From: an uncultured Verrucomicrobiae bacterium
Lineage (GTDB): Bacteria; Verrucomicrobiota; Verrucomicrobiia; Chthoniobacterales; JAFAMB01
Direction: 5' to 3'
Assembly: GCA_963762565.1 (NCBI GenBank)
Contig: CAVXLD010000001.1
Span: 960,001 to 1,024,000 of the forward strand
Length of the DNA: 64,000 nucleotides
Part shown: positions 20,227 through 29,288 of the stretch, in pieces
How the letters are laid out: every line of letters starts with the position of its first letter
Position numbering within the stretch: the stretch's first letter is position 1
Notes under the pieces: generated by a model
What the model was told of the DNA's origin: nothing
The model's input: the letters and a program-made list of their open reading frames with translations, nothing else
The model's database searches: none
Program-made: the position numbers and the translations under genes

Positions 20227-21435
20227 ATGACCGACGCAGCGCGTGCGCTCGCGCTGGGTGACTACATAGGTGCATTGAACCGGGTGGCCTTACGTGACGA
20301 CGCGCCTGCGCTAGCCCTTCGAGGCATCGCGATGGCGCAACTCGGCGATCTCGTTCGAGCGAAGGCGCTCTTGCGGAGTGCGGCCCGGCGCTTCGGTCCG
20401 AAAGAGGCTTTGGCCCGTGCGAGATGTATCGTCGCTGAGGCGGAGATCGCCCTTGTCACCCGTGACTTGAGCTGGCCGGCAAAGACATTGGAGGCTGCTC
20501 GCGCGACGCTGGAAGAGCATGGTGATCGAGCGAACACCGCGCACGCCTGGCATCTCCAGGTGAGGCGCCTGCTCTTGGTCGGACGCCTCGATGAGGCCGA
20601 GCGTCTGCTTGCGGAGCTCGACCCCGAGCCTTTCCCGCCTGCATTGAGGACTGTCCATGAGCTGATCGTTGCGGGCATCGCGTTGAGACGTCTTCAAACA
20701 AAGGCGGCACGACTTGCGTTGGCTCGAGCCCAGCGCGCTGCACATCGTGCAGGTATCCCAGCGCTGACCGCCGAGGTCGAAACCACGTCACTTGTTCTCG
20801 ACACACCCGCGGCGCGCTTGATTAAGCGTGGCGAGGAGCGACTCCTCTTGCTTGAGGAGGTCGAGGCGTTACTGAGATCGGAGGCGCTGGTCGTGGACGC
20901 CTGCCGTTATGTTGTGCGAGGTGCCAGCACGATCGTCTCGCTCGCCAGGCGACCTGTGCTATTTGCGCTGGCACGCACGCTAGCTGAAGCATGGCCGGGA
21001 GACGTCTCGAGAGGTACGCTCGTTGCCCGGGCCTTCGGGGGGAAACGCGCCGACGAATCGCATCGCGCCCGTTTGCGAGTCGAAATCGGACGGCTGCGCA
21101 GACTGCTTCGGACACTGGTAGGCGTGAGCGCCACAATGCGAGGGTTTGCCCTTGTGCCCCGGCGCAGACGAGAGGTTGTTGTGTTGGCGCGGCCTGTCGA
21201 AGAAGAGCACGCGGCCGTACTCGCCTTCCTCGCCGACGGCGAGTCGTGGTCGAGCTCGGCCTTGGCGTTTGCCCTCGGAGCCAGCCAACGCACTGTTCAG
21301 CGCGCCCTCGACTCCCTCACGACCGCCGGCAAAGTTCAATCGTTTGGTCGTGGACGGGCACTGCGTTGGGTGACCCCGCCGGTGCCAGGATTCACGACGA
21401 CCTTGTTACTCCCGGCTCCACTACCGATTGACTAG
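20227..21435 (+). CDS. Helical-repeat / winged-HTH putative transcriptional regulator
   Basis: ALNRVALRDDAPALALRGIAMAQLGD N-terminus, RLRVEIGRLR, C-terminal HTH SSSALAFALGASQRTVQRAL; start uncertain (20176 or 20227). Confidence 0.75.
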   Translation: MTDAARALALGDYIGALNRVALRDDAPALALRGIAMAQLGDLVRAKALLRSAARRFGPKEALARARCIVAEAEIALVTRDLSWPAKTLEAARATLEEHGDRANTAHAWHLQVRRLLLVGRLDEAERLLAELDPEPFPPALRTVHELIVAGIALRRLQTKAARLALARAQRAAHRAGIPALTAEVETTSLVLDTPAARLIKRGEERLLLLEEVEALLRSEALVVDACRYVVRGASTIVSLARRPVLFALARTLAEAWPGDVSRGTLVARAFGGKRADESHRARLRVEIGRLRRLLRTLVGVSATMRGFALVPRRRREVVVLARPVEEEHAAVLAFLADGESWSSSALAFALGASQRTVQRALDSLTTAGKVQSFGRGRALRWVTPPVPGFTTTLLLPAPLPID

Positions 21436-21444
21436 TATAGAGGA

Positions 21445-22074
21445 ATGAAACGATCAACGGCAGAAATTGTTCGTGAATACGGTCCCTTTCCAGACGTCGA
21501 CCAAGTGAATGGGGTTACCTATGACGGCAAGCAAGTCTGGATGGCAGTTGGAGAGAAGCTTAGTGCCTTCGATCCATCGACTGGGAAGACGGGGCGCTCG
21601 ATTCCCGTCGCCGCGACTGCGGGAACGGCCTTCGACGGCCAATACCTCTATCAGATCGCCGAAGACCGAATCCAGAAAATCGATCCGAAGACCGGTCAAC
21701 TGCTGGCGACAATACCGACACCCGGCAGCGGTTGTTCAGGCCTAGCGTGGGCCGAAGGTTCGCTGTGGGTGGCGCTGTACGAGGAGCGCAAGATCTATCA
21801 AATCGATCCGCAAACCGGTGAGGTTCTTCGCGCCATCGAGACTGCGCGCTTCGTCACCGGCGTCACCTGGATCGACGGAGAGCTCTGGCATGGCTCATGG
21901 GACGATGACGGAAGTGATTTGAGACGACTCGATTCTAAAACGGGAAAGGTTCTTGAGAGTATCGAGATGCCTCCGGGCGTAGGCGTGTCGGGCCTCGAGT
22001 CTAATGGCAGCGACCTCTTCTATTGCGGAGGAGGAAGTAGCGGAAAGCTGAGAGCGATCCGCAGGCCCAAATGA
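21445..22074 (+). CDS. Glutamine cyclotransferase-like beta-propeller protein
   Basis: Repeated G.A.DG..LW blade motifs; 9 bp downstream of the regulator gene. Confidence 0.7.
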   Translation: MKRSTAEIVREYGPFPDVDQVNGVTYDGKQVWMAVGEKLSAFDPSTGKTGRSIPVAATAGTAFDGQYLYQIAEDRIQKIDPKTGQLLATIPTPGSGCSGLAWAEGSLWVALYEERKIYQIDPQTGEVLRAIETARFVTGVTWIDGELWHGSWDDDGSDLRRLDSKTGKVLESIEMPPGVGVSGLESNGSDLFYCGGGSSGKLRAIRRPK

Positions 22075-22088
22075 AGCGTCAGGCTTCA

Positions 22089-22185
22089 AAATGACAAATG
22101 ACAAATGACAAATGACAGATGACAAATCGCTGGCCCCACTCTCCTGAGGCGTTACATTTGTCATTTGTGATCTGTCATTTGTCAT
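22089..22185. repeat. Inverted heptamer arrays (ATGACAA)n/(TTGTCAT)n
   Basis: About 5 copies facing about 4 copies. Confidence 0.9.
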
Positions 22186-22230
22186 CCTGGACCGGTCACA
22201 AATCCGTTACAGATTTGTGAGTGGTCCAGG
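22186..22230. terminator. Hairpin between convergent genes, possible bidirectional terminator
   Basis: CCTGGACC-GG-TCACAAATC-loop-GATTTGTGA-GT-GGTCCAGG; no clear U tract. Confidence 0.45.
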
Positions 22231-22821
22231 TCAATCCATCGGCGTCAGGAAATGATCCCAATCCCTGACGTTGTGAGCATTCCGAATAAAGTAAGTAACC
22301 GGCAACTCCCGAGGAGATTGCGGTTTCTTTGCCAGCTTTAGGCCGACTTCGTCCGGTAGACGGTTCCCTTTAAGGCTGTTGATCTTCTTGTCAGCCAGAA
22401 CGCAATTCTCCCAAGTGGTCGTCCCGCCTCGTGACCGGGGAACGACGTGATCAATATTGCCCTCGTGCGGCCCAAGCTTTTTACCGGTGTACTGGCATTT
22501 TCCCCCATCTCTTTCCCAAATCCCTCGGGCGGAGAGTTTTGGCCGGCGCTTCGGTACCTTGTTGTAGCGAGCCAAGACCAGCACCGTTGGCACCCGAACC
22601 AGACCTCGCACGGTACGAACAGCGTTATCTTGTTCCCGAGTCTCCAGTTCTAGCCACTCGATCCAACGAACGGGTCGCATATCCCCAGTACCTTCGATGT
22701 CCAGGGCGGTGGCGTTTCCGTTCGCCATCATGCAAAATGCTTGTGCAGGTGTTTTTACATCGATAGCCTGCCAGTTCCGATTCAGCACCAGAACCGTCGA
22801 TTTGTATAGGACGTCGTTCAT
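22231..22821 (-). CDS. HNH endonuclease (McrA-like)
   Basis: VLVLNRNWQAI, ERDGGKCQYTG, IDHVVPRSRGG, WENCV...N..KGN. Confidence 0.9.
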   Translation of the reverse strand: MNDVLYKSTVLVLNRNWQAIDVKTPAQAFCMMANGNATALDIEGTGDMRPVRWIEWLELETREQDNAVRTVRGLVRVPTVLVLARYNKVPKRRPKLSARGIWERDGGKCQYTGKKLGPHEGNIDHVVPRSRGGTTTWENCVLADKKINSLKGNRLPDEVGLKLAKKPQSPRELPVTYFIRNAHNVRDWDHFLTPMD

Positions 22822-22921
22822 GCCGTCGCCTCAACCATTTGATTTGTCGGTCGCCCGATTGCGACAGACTTATGCTTCAAAATTCAACAATTGTCTAGCG
22901 AGACGGCGCCCGCCGTCTTGC

Positions 22922-23031
22922 TATGACAAATTACAAATGACAAATGACAAATAGCTTCCGCCACGGTTATTGTGCACCTCTCTCACTACCAATCTGTCAT
23001 TTTCGATCTGTCATCTTGTCATCTGTCATTT
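22922..23031. repeat. Inverted heptamer arrays (ATGACAA family)
   Basis: ATGACAAATTACAAATGACAAATGACAAAT facing ATCTGTCAT-type units. Confidence 0.85.
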
Positions 23032-23033
23032 CC

Positions 23034-23816
23034 ATGCGTTGCGATTGTGATTACCACACCCACCCACAGGGCCACGCGGTCCGTCCCTACACGATCGAGC
23101 TCCTGCAACCCTGGATCGATCGATGCCGGGAGCGAGGTATCGAAAGTATAGCGTTCACAGATCACGACCGGTACCGCGAAGGGGTCGACTTCGATGTGGT
23201 CGATCGGTTGCGAGAGATGAATCCTGGCCTTGAGATTTTGCAGGGGATTGAATTGGACAATGATCCCGTAACCGGCAAAGGCGGGCTGGGGTGGGTCGAA
23301 ACCCATTGGGATCGTCTCGATTTTGTGCTCGGCTCGGTCCATTATTTGCCGGGCGCAAACCGGATGTTCGATGGAGCCGATCAAGCCGGCCAATTGCATT
23401 CGCTGGGTTTCGAACGCGCGTATGAGGGATACCGGTCGCAACTTGAGGCATTGATGGAGCGAGGACACATCGATTGTCTGTCGCACTTGGATCTAATAAA
23501 GATTCATGGACTCGCGCCGAACACCTACGAACCCGAGCAGTTTTTTGGACCGATCCTTCGGGAGATAGCTAAACGCGGGCTGGCCATGGAAATCAATACC
23601 GCGGGTTGGAGGAAGCCGGTCAGCGAACAATACCCGGCCGAATCGATCTTGCGCGCGGCCCTAGCCCTGAACATCCCTATCACGATCTCATCGGATGCGC
23701 ATTCATTTGCGCAGGTCGCCGAGGATTATGCGAGGCTCGAACAACTGTTGGAGCGGGTCGAACTGGAAAAGCCGGCGAGGTTCCGGCGGCATCAGGCTGG
23801 AGTGGCCCAGCGATAA
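23034..23816 (+). CDS. PHP-family histidinol-phosphatase (HisJ/HisK type)
   Basis: DYHTH, FTDH, GIELD, GSVH, SHLD, EINT, SSDAH motifs; ATG at 23034. Confidence 0.82.
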   Translation: MRCDCDYHTHPQGHAVRPYTIELLQPWIDRCRERGIESIAFTDHDRYREGVDFDVVDRLREMNPGLEILQGIELDNDPVTGKGGLGWVETHWDRLDFVLGSVHYLPGANRMFDGADQAGQLHSLGFERAYEGYRSQLEALMERGHIDCLSHLDLIKIHGLAPNTYEPEQFFGPILREIAKRGLAMEINTAGWRKPVSEQYPAESILRAALALNIPITISSDAHSFAQVAEDYARLEQLLERVELEKPARFRRHQAGVAQR

Positions 23817-23857
23817 TGCAACCTGTGTACCTGCCGGAACCGCGCTGGGTTTCTCAA

Positions 23858-23931
23858 CGGATGGGACTTATACGACTTATGGGACTGATATGACGACCCA
23901 TAGGTCCCATTAGTCCTATAGGTCCCATCCG
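23858..23931. repeat. Inverted 9-bp-periodic repeat doublet (GGGACTTAT family)
   Basis: CGGATGGGACTTATACGACTTATGGGAC ... GTCCCATTAGTCCTATAGGTCCCATCCG. Confidence 0.85.
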
Positions 23932-23966
23932 CTCCCGGAGCCCACAGCGGCGCTCACCTCGAGCCT

Positions 23967-25124
23967 CTACCGTAGCTCATCATTGAGCAGCTTTAGCATG
24001 GTGAACAACAGCAACGACCGCTCCACCAAGCTTTCGGAAGTCAGGAACTCCTTCTCGCTATGGATGGCGCCGCCCCTGGCGCCTAAGTTATCAAGATTCG
24101 GTAATCCCTGTTGCGCCAACCGATTCCCGTCGCAGGTGCCACCCGTTGGCTTCGCATTGAGGTCGATCCCGATTTGGGCTGCAGCCCGTTGAGCTTGGGT
24201 GATGAGCCACGAAATCTCGGGAGTCATCATTTTCGGCGGCGCTGTGAATTGCCCGCCGAGTTCGATTCGATACCGGTCTCCGTCTTGCAACGAGACTCGC
24301 AGCCGCTCCAGTTCGCGCTTAAGCCAATCTTCGTCCTCCCGAGACGTAGTACGAACGTTGAGCTGACAGGTTGCTAGATCGGGGACCACATTGGTCGCCT
24401 CGCCTCCCGAAACGATGGCCGGGTTCAAAAAAACAGTGGACCGCTGCTCGTTGAGTCGCTGGCAGGCCAAGATAAACTGGGCCAGCGGAACGAGCGCGTT
24501 TCTGCCAGCCGTCGGATTTCGGCCGCTGTGAGCCGCCTTTCCCAGAGCTTTAAATGTAAACGTGCCAGACCCTTTTCGCGTAGACGCCAGCGACCCATCT
24601 TCGAGCGCCGGCTCGAACCCGAAACCAAATCGATGTTTCTTTGCTTCAGCCGCAAACACCTCGGAAGAGATTGGTGAGCCAATTTCTTCGTCCGAATTGA
24701 TAATGATCGTCCACCCAAAGTTCTTGTCCGGGACGAATCGTTCGAAAGCCGACAAGCCGCAGCGCAAGATCGCCAAGCCGCCCTTCATGTCGCAAACGCC
24801 GGGACCGCGTATCTCGTCTGCCGCGAGCTTGGCCTGTTGCAACGGATGTTCGGGGCTATAGACGGTATCGAGGTGACCGAAGAAAAGCACCTGCTGGGCG
24901 GCCTGATTGCGTTTCCGAAAGATGGCGATTGGCCCGCCGTCGGCTTTGTCCGGGTGTAAAAGCTCCGAGAAATCGGGGTCGGTCTTTTGAAAATCGGCAT
25001 AGATGACCTTGGCCGCGGAATAGAGGCCGGGAATGTTTCGACTGCCTGAATTGATATCCGACCAAACCAAAACCCGCTGAATCAGCTCGGTCCGCTGCGC
25101 GTTGATCCATTCGTTCGCCGTCAT
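23967..25124 (-). CDS. M20 family metallo-amidohydrolase (carboxypeptidase G2/ArgE-like)
   Basis: GHLDTV, GPGVCDMKGG, DEEIGS, FEP, GKAAHSG, GGAIHS motifs; start overlaps astB stop (ATGA). Confidence 0.85.
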   Translation of the reverse strand: MTANEWINAQRTELIQRVLVWSDINSGSRNIPGLYSAAKVIYADFQKTDPDFSELLHPDKADGGPIAIFRKRNQAAQQVLFFGHLDTVYSPEHPLQQAKLAADEIRGPGVCDMKGGLAILRCGLSAFERFVPDKNFGWTIIINSDEEIGSPISSEVFAAEAKKHRFGFGFEPALEDGSLASTRKGSGTFTFKALGKAAHSGRNPTAGRNALVPLAQFILACQRLNEQRSTVFLNPAIVSGGEATNVVPDLATCQLNVRTTSREDEDWLKRELERLRVSLQDGDRYRIELGGQFTAPPKMMTPEISWLITQAQRAAAQIGIDLNAKPTGGTCDGNRLAQQGLPNLDNLGARGGAIHSEKEFLTSESLVERSLLLFTMLKLLNDELR

Positions 25125-26464
25125 TTCTGGAATGAATAGATGGAGCCGAGCCCAAGGATCTGAGTTAGCTTATCCAGGGCGGTTTGGATCTCCCTCAGCA
25201 ATACTGGTTCGCGAACGTCCGATAACGAGAGAGACTCGCGGTAATAGCGTTTCACCCAGGACGTCAATTCGTTGAAAAGCTGCTCGGAAAAGAATAACCC
25301 CGGCGGAATAGCACACTGCTCTTCCTGGTTCAAAACGACTCGAGTGCGCAGACAAGCGGGTCCGCCTCCGTTCTGCATACTCTCGCGAAGATTTAGAAAC
25401 AACACATCGGCGAGCGCGGCATCCGCACCTTTCACGAGGTCCGCAATGACTGAGCGCACCCTAGGATTTTCCTCGGACTCGGTCGGGGCTACCATCACCA
25501 GCCGACCATCACTGCGAGTGACGATCTGCGAATTAAAAAAATAAGATTCGACCGCGTCTGCTAAGGAAAACTCTTTGATCTCGATTGCCCGCAGACTTCG
25601 ATGCTGAGCCTCCCCGAACACTTTTTCTAGGCGACCTAGAACCATCGGACCGTCGGCAAATGCATCGGCATGATAGAGGAACAACGACCCGTGACCGGTT
25701 GAGATCACGTCGTTATGAAACACACCCGCGTCGATCGCCGCAGGAGATTGACGCGCGAAAACCACGGTATCTTCAGGAAGTTGGTGTAAACGGGCGATGG
25801 CTTGGCAAGCCTCGAAAGTCTGGCGTTGAGGGTAGTGGGTAAGCGGGTTGGATCCAAAATACTCTTTGCCATAAACAAATAGATGCACCCCCAGCCCTCC
25901 CTCAGGGCCAACCAATCGGACGTGGTTCGCCGCCCCTTCATCACTAAAAGCGACTGTCTTTGGGAGCGGCGGATGGTGTTTGAACAAGGTGAAATTAGGA
26001 AAGATCTTTTTGAGCAAAGCAGCAGTTTCGTCTGCCTCTAACGAACGATGCAAGTTCGATATCAGGTTGGCCGGAGTTACATGCATGCACCCATCACGCG
26101 AATCGCAGCTAGGCGCGAACATGGCTGCATTCGCAGCCCACATACCGGAAGCCGAGAAGGCCGCCGACAAAAGTGAAGGACTATGGCGAAACGCTTCTTC
26201 AATAATCTGTTGATCGCCGCCCATAAATCCGGCTCGTCTCAATAGATCAACACGAGGCCGGTAAAGTGGAGGGAGGATCGCTTGACCTACTCCCATCCCG
26301 GCGAGAACCCGCATTTTTTCCAGGCCTTGTAACGCTGCCAAGCGAGGGTGTGAAATCTGGAAGCGATGGCCGACAGATGCACGATTTCCTTCTGCTAATC
26401 CGCCGTAGTGATGGGTCGGCCCAACCAGTCCGTCAAAATTGAATTCTCGATAAGCCAAAGTCAC
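25121..26464 (-). CDS. astB: N-succinylarginine dihydrolase
   Basis: EFNFDGLVGPTHHYGGL, SASGMWAANAA, DEGAANH, GVFHNDVI, ESMQNGGGPACLR. Confidence 0.95.
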   Translation of the reverse strand: MTLAYREFNFDGLVGPTHHYGGLAEGNRASVGHRFQISHPRLAALQGLEKMRVLAGMGVGQAILPPLYRPRVDLLRRAGFMGGDQQIIEEAFRHSPSLLSAAFSASGMWAANAAMFAPSCDSRDGCMHVTPANLISNLHRSLEADETAALLKKIFPNFTLFKHHPPLPKTVAFSDEGAANHVRLVGPEGGLGVHLFVYGKEYFGSNPLTHYPQRQTFEACQAIARLHQLPEDTVVFARQSPAAIDAGVFHNDVISTGHGSLFLYHADAFADGPMVLGRLEKVFGEAQHRSLRAIEIKEFSLADAVESYFFNSQIVTRSDGRLVMVAPTESEENPRVRSVIADLVKGADAALADVLFLNLRESMQNGGGPACLRTRVVLNQEEQCAIPPGLFFSEQLFNELTSWVKRYYRESLSLSDVREPVLLREIQTALDKLTQILGLGSIYSFQK

Positions 26465-27483
26465 CTCGGGATAAAAATGACGCGACTGCCAACCTTGAGC
26501 CGGAGCCGCTCCGCGATTCTTGGTTCGATGGCAACACTTATTCCGTCAAGGGACTCGACTTCGGCCAGACACGCCCGAAAGTCCAAGGCAGCGTGGCCAA
26601 TTAAACAAACCGAACCCCTACTCAACGCGCGGACTTCACCGACTTGCGCGGTAGCCGCTTCGCGGATGGCCTTGATTTCAGACCGATGCGCGATCACCAA
26701 TGGCCCACCGTCGAAAATGTCGACCTCATCGGATCTACCGAATCCCTGGTTGAGCAAAATCCGAAGAGCAGGTTCCGCGTCCCGATGCACTCTTCCGATA
26801 ACCGCTTGCGCCGCCAACGGCAGCATCGCCGCATAAATCGGGTACTTCGGCATCAGGTCGCGAATGAAATCCTTTTGACCGCTTCCACTCAAAAAGTCGG
26901 CTTGAGCGAAAGTCTGGGAAAAAAAGTGGCGCCCAATCGATTCCCAAAACGGCGATAGACCTTGCTCGTCAGTGAACCCGCGCATCTCGGCAATGACTCG
27001 ATCGTCAAACCGTTTAGGGAATGCAGCCATAAAGAGGAATCGGGCAAGCGACAACAATTGGCCCAGTCCTGCCCGGCGAAAGGTTGGCTTTAGACAAAGG
27101 CTGCCGACTTCAGAGGGCCCTTTGTGGTCGAGCTTCAAATGAAGCACATCCAATTCGCGATCAATGCCGAGCGGAGGGTGAGAAAATCGCTCTTTGCGCA
27201 CCTCGTAAGTGTAAAACGGATCGAAACCGCCTACTCGGGCGATAATGCCGGAGGTTCCGGCGATCTCTCCAGTGTCGCATTCTTCCAGCACAAACAGATA
27301 ATGATCGCCACCCGCCTTTTTTATTCGGTAATCGAAGGAACGTTGGGAATGATTGATCAAGTCTTCGAGCGCCGATTCCTCTGCCGGAAGCGAAGTCATC
27401 CCGTCCGTAATGGAGGTCGCCACGCCTTTTAACCCTGACAGGTCCTTGTCTTCTACTGGCCGAAGTACAAAATCGGGAAGCAT
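26461..27483 (-). CDS. astA: Arginine N-succinyltransferase
   Basis: GMTSLP, YLFVLE, SLARFLFMA, IAEMRG, SPFWES.GRHFF, DIFDGGP; start MLPDF (27483), the longer ORF runs through a repeat. Confidence 0.92.
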   Translation of the reverse strand: MLPDFVLRPVEDKDLSGLKGVATSITDGMTSLPAEESALEDLINHSQRSFDYRIKKAGGDHYLFVLEECDTGEIAGTSGIIARVGGFDPFYTYEVRKERFSHPPLGIDRELDVLHLKLDHKGPSEVGSLCLKPTFRRAGLGQLLSLARFLFMAAFPKRFDDRVIAEMRGFTDEQGLSPFWESIGRHFFSQTFAQADFLSGSGQKDFIRDLMPKYPIYAAMLPLAAQAVIGRVHRDAEPALRILLNQGFGRSDEVDIFDGGPLVIAHRSEIKAIREAATAQVGEVRALSRGSVCLIGHAALDFRACLAEVESLDGISVAIEPRIAERLRLKVGSRVIFIPR

Positions 27484-27529
27484 CGATGAATCTTGGCGTT
27501 GAGGATCGGAGAGTTCAAGGAGAAGGGGA

Positions 27530-27705
27530 CGCCACCCGTGGAGCGCTGCCTCGCTTGCGAGGCCGTGGTGAGCAGGGATGAATCGTGCGGCCCGCTTCTG
27601 TGGAACAGAGGCATCTGACGTAGAGCGCTGACAAGGAAGGGCTGCGCCTCGCGATTTCCCTTGCTCACCACGGCCTCGCAAGCGCGGCGCGCTCCACGGG
27701 TGGCG
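27530..27705. repeat. REP-like doublet, family C, copy 2
   Basis: CGCCACCCGTGGAGCGCTGCCTCGCTTGCGAGGCCGTGGTGAGCAGGG facing its near reverse complement at 27658-27705. Confidence 0.9.
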
Positions 27706-27718
27706 CCCCCTACCAGGC

Positions 27719-28483
27719 TCAATACAACACCCGCACGAGATAGAGGCCTTCCGCTGGCGCGGTGTGATTCGTCTTTTTTTTGCCAGGCTTTTCTAGCAGC
27801 TCCTTCAACCAATCTCCGTCCTTCCGGCCTAAAGCCATCTGCACCAACGACCCCGTGATCATACGGACCATCCGATACAGAAATCCGTCCCCGGTAAACT
27901 CGAGTGTAACCAGTGAACCTTGGCGTCGCACTTTAATGTCTTGAAGGTTACGAACCGTGGTTTCCGGGGGCACGCCTCGGTTCGCGGCAAACGACGCAAA
28001 GTCGCGCTGACCGCGAAATTGTCCCGCATAGGTCATGAGATCATCTACGGCGAGCCGCTGAGGAACATGCCATGCCCTGCCAACTTCCAAGGGATGGAAT
28101 GTCTCGGTATTCCAGATCCGGTACCGATAGACTTTGCCCTTAGCGGAGAACCTGGCGTGAAACTCCCGGGAGACCCGGCGACAGGCAACGATCCTGATGC
28201 TGGACGGCAGATTGGCATTCAGAGCGACCCGCCAGGTCGAGGTCGGGAATCGTTTGGCGGGAACGTCTACGTGCGCGGCTTGGGCAAGGGCATGCACGCC
28301 TGCATCCGTTCGGCCGGCGCCGTGCACTCTGGCAGGTCGATCGAGGATCTTTGCCAACGCCGCCTCGAGATGATCTTGGACACCGCTCCGGTTAGGCTGG
28401 CTTTGCCAACCCGCGAACGGAGTCCCGTCGTAGGCGATGGTCAGATGAAGCCGTTCTGTTCCGCGTGAGTCGCTAACCTGCAT
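27719..28483 (-). CDS. truA: tRNA pseudouridine(38-40) synthase
   Basis: IAYDGT.F.GWQ, GAGRTDAGVHA, FHARFSA, GFLYRMVR, TAPAEGLYL. Confidence 0.96.
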   Translation of the reverse strand: MQVSDSRGTERLHLTIAYDGTPFAGWQSQPNRSGVQDHLEAALAKILDRPARVHGAGRTDAGVHALAQAAHVDVPAKRFPTSTWRVALNANLPSSIRIVACRRVSREFHARFSAKGKVYRYRIWNTETFHPLEVGRAWHVPQRLAVDDLMTYAGQFRGQRDFASFAANRGVPPETTVRNLQDIKVRRQGSLVTLEFTGDGFLYRMVRMITGSLVQMALGRKDGDWLKELLEKPGKKKTNHTAPAEGLYLVRVLY

Positions 28484-28585
28484 CAGTACTCAGAATAGCA
28501 GATAGCAACTAGCAAATGGCGCTTTTCGCGCACTGGGCGCTTCGTTCTCGTCCTCCAGTAACGCACGTGGCATCGCGCCCCACGG

Positions 28586-28865
28586 CCTGGAGGGGAGCCG
28601 CTTTGGCGCGTGCTTGTATGGTCCCCCGTATTTCTTCCGAAGACGGGCCTGACCTTAGCGTGTGCAAAACAGGCGGCTCCCGCGAATTACCCGGCGCAAC
28701 GTTCTCACCCAGCGATTCTATTCGTTGATTTTCACAGACCCCGATAGAGATGCAACACGTTCGCACATTCCCGGGAGCCGCCTGCTTGGTACCTGATTCG
28801 GCTAGACCAACGCTGCGATGAATACGCGAGGTACTACAAGCAAGCGCCAAAGCGGCTCCCCTCCA
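28586..28865. repeat. Four-arm REP-like doublet, family A, copy 2
   Basis: Arms at 28586, 28670, 28767, 28844. Confidence 0.92.
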
Positions 28866-28867
28866 AG

Positions 28868-29287
28868 CTATTCTGGCGCTCCTGCCACAGAGTCCAGATA
28901 ACTCTGCAAAAGCACCTGTGCAGCTACTTGATCGATAACGGGCCGGCTCTTTTTGACGTCACGCCCGGCGGCATGAAGAAGGCGTTGCGCCTCCATCGTC
29001 GTCAGGCGTTCGTCCCAAGCGATCAATTGAAGGTCTGTAAACTGACTCTTCAGTTCGGAGAGAAACAACTTGGCTTTCTCGGCAGCCGGCCCATAGGAGC
29101 CGTCCATATTGCGAGGGATGCCCACTACCATCCGTGACACCCCCTTTTCTAAAACGATCTTCCGCAGCCTGGACAGAAACGAGGCATCGTTGGGAACCGT
29201 TTCCAATGGGTGCGCCAGCATGCCGAGCTCATCGGAAATCGCGATCCCGATGCGGCTGGAGCCGAAATCGATTCCCAGATAACGCAT
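28868..29287 (-). CDS. ruvX: YqgF/RuvX RNase H-fold nuclease (pre-16S rRNA processing)
   Basis: LGIDFG..RIGIAISD, VVGIPRNMDG, WDERLTT, IDQVAA..LLQSYLD. Confidence 0.95.
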   Translation of the reverse strand: MRYLGIDFGSSRIGIAISDELGMLAHPLETVPNDASFLSRLRKIVLEKGVSRMVVGIPRNMDGSYGPAAEKAKLFLSELKSQFTDLQLIAWDERLTTMEAQRLLHAAGRDVKKSRPVIDQVAAQVLLQSYLDSVAGAPE

Positions 29288-29288
29288 C

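Noticed and set aside
21895..22185. ORF with MTND.. repeats (and the similar extension at 22944-23033)
   Set aside because: Translation of ATGACAA heptamer arrays, and it overlaps a real gene on the opposite strand.
27484..27681. 66-aa N-terminal extension of AstA in the ORF track
   Set aside because: It runs through a family C doublet; an ATG at 27483 precedes the first conserved AstA strand.
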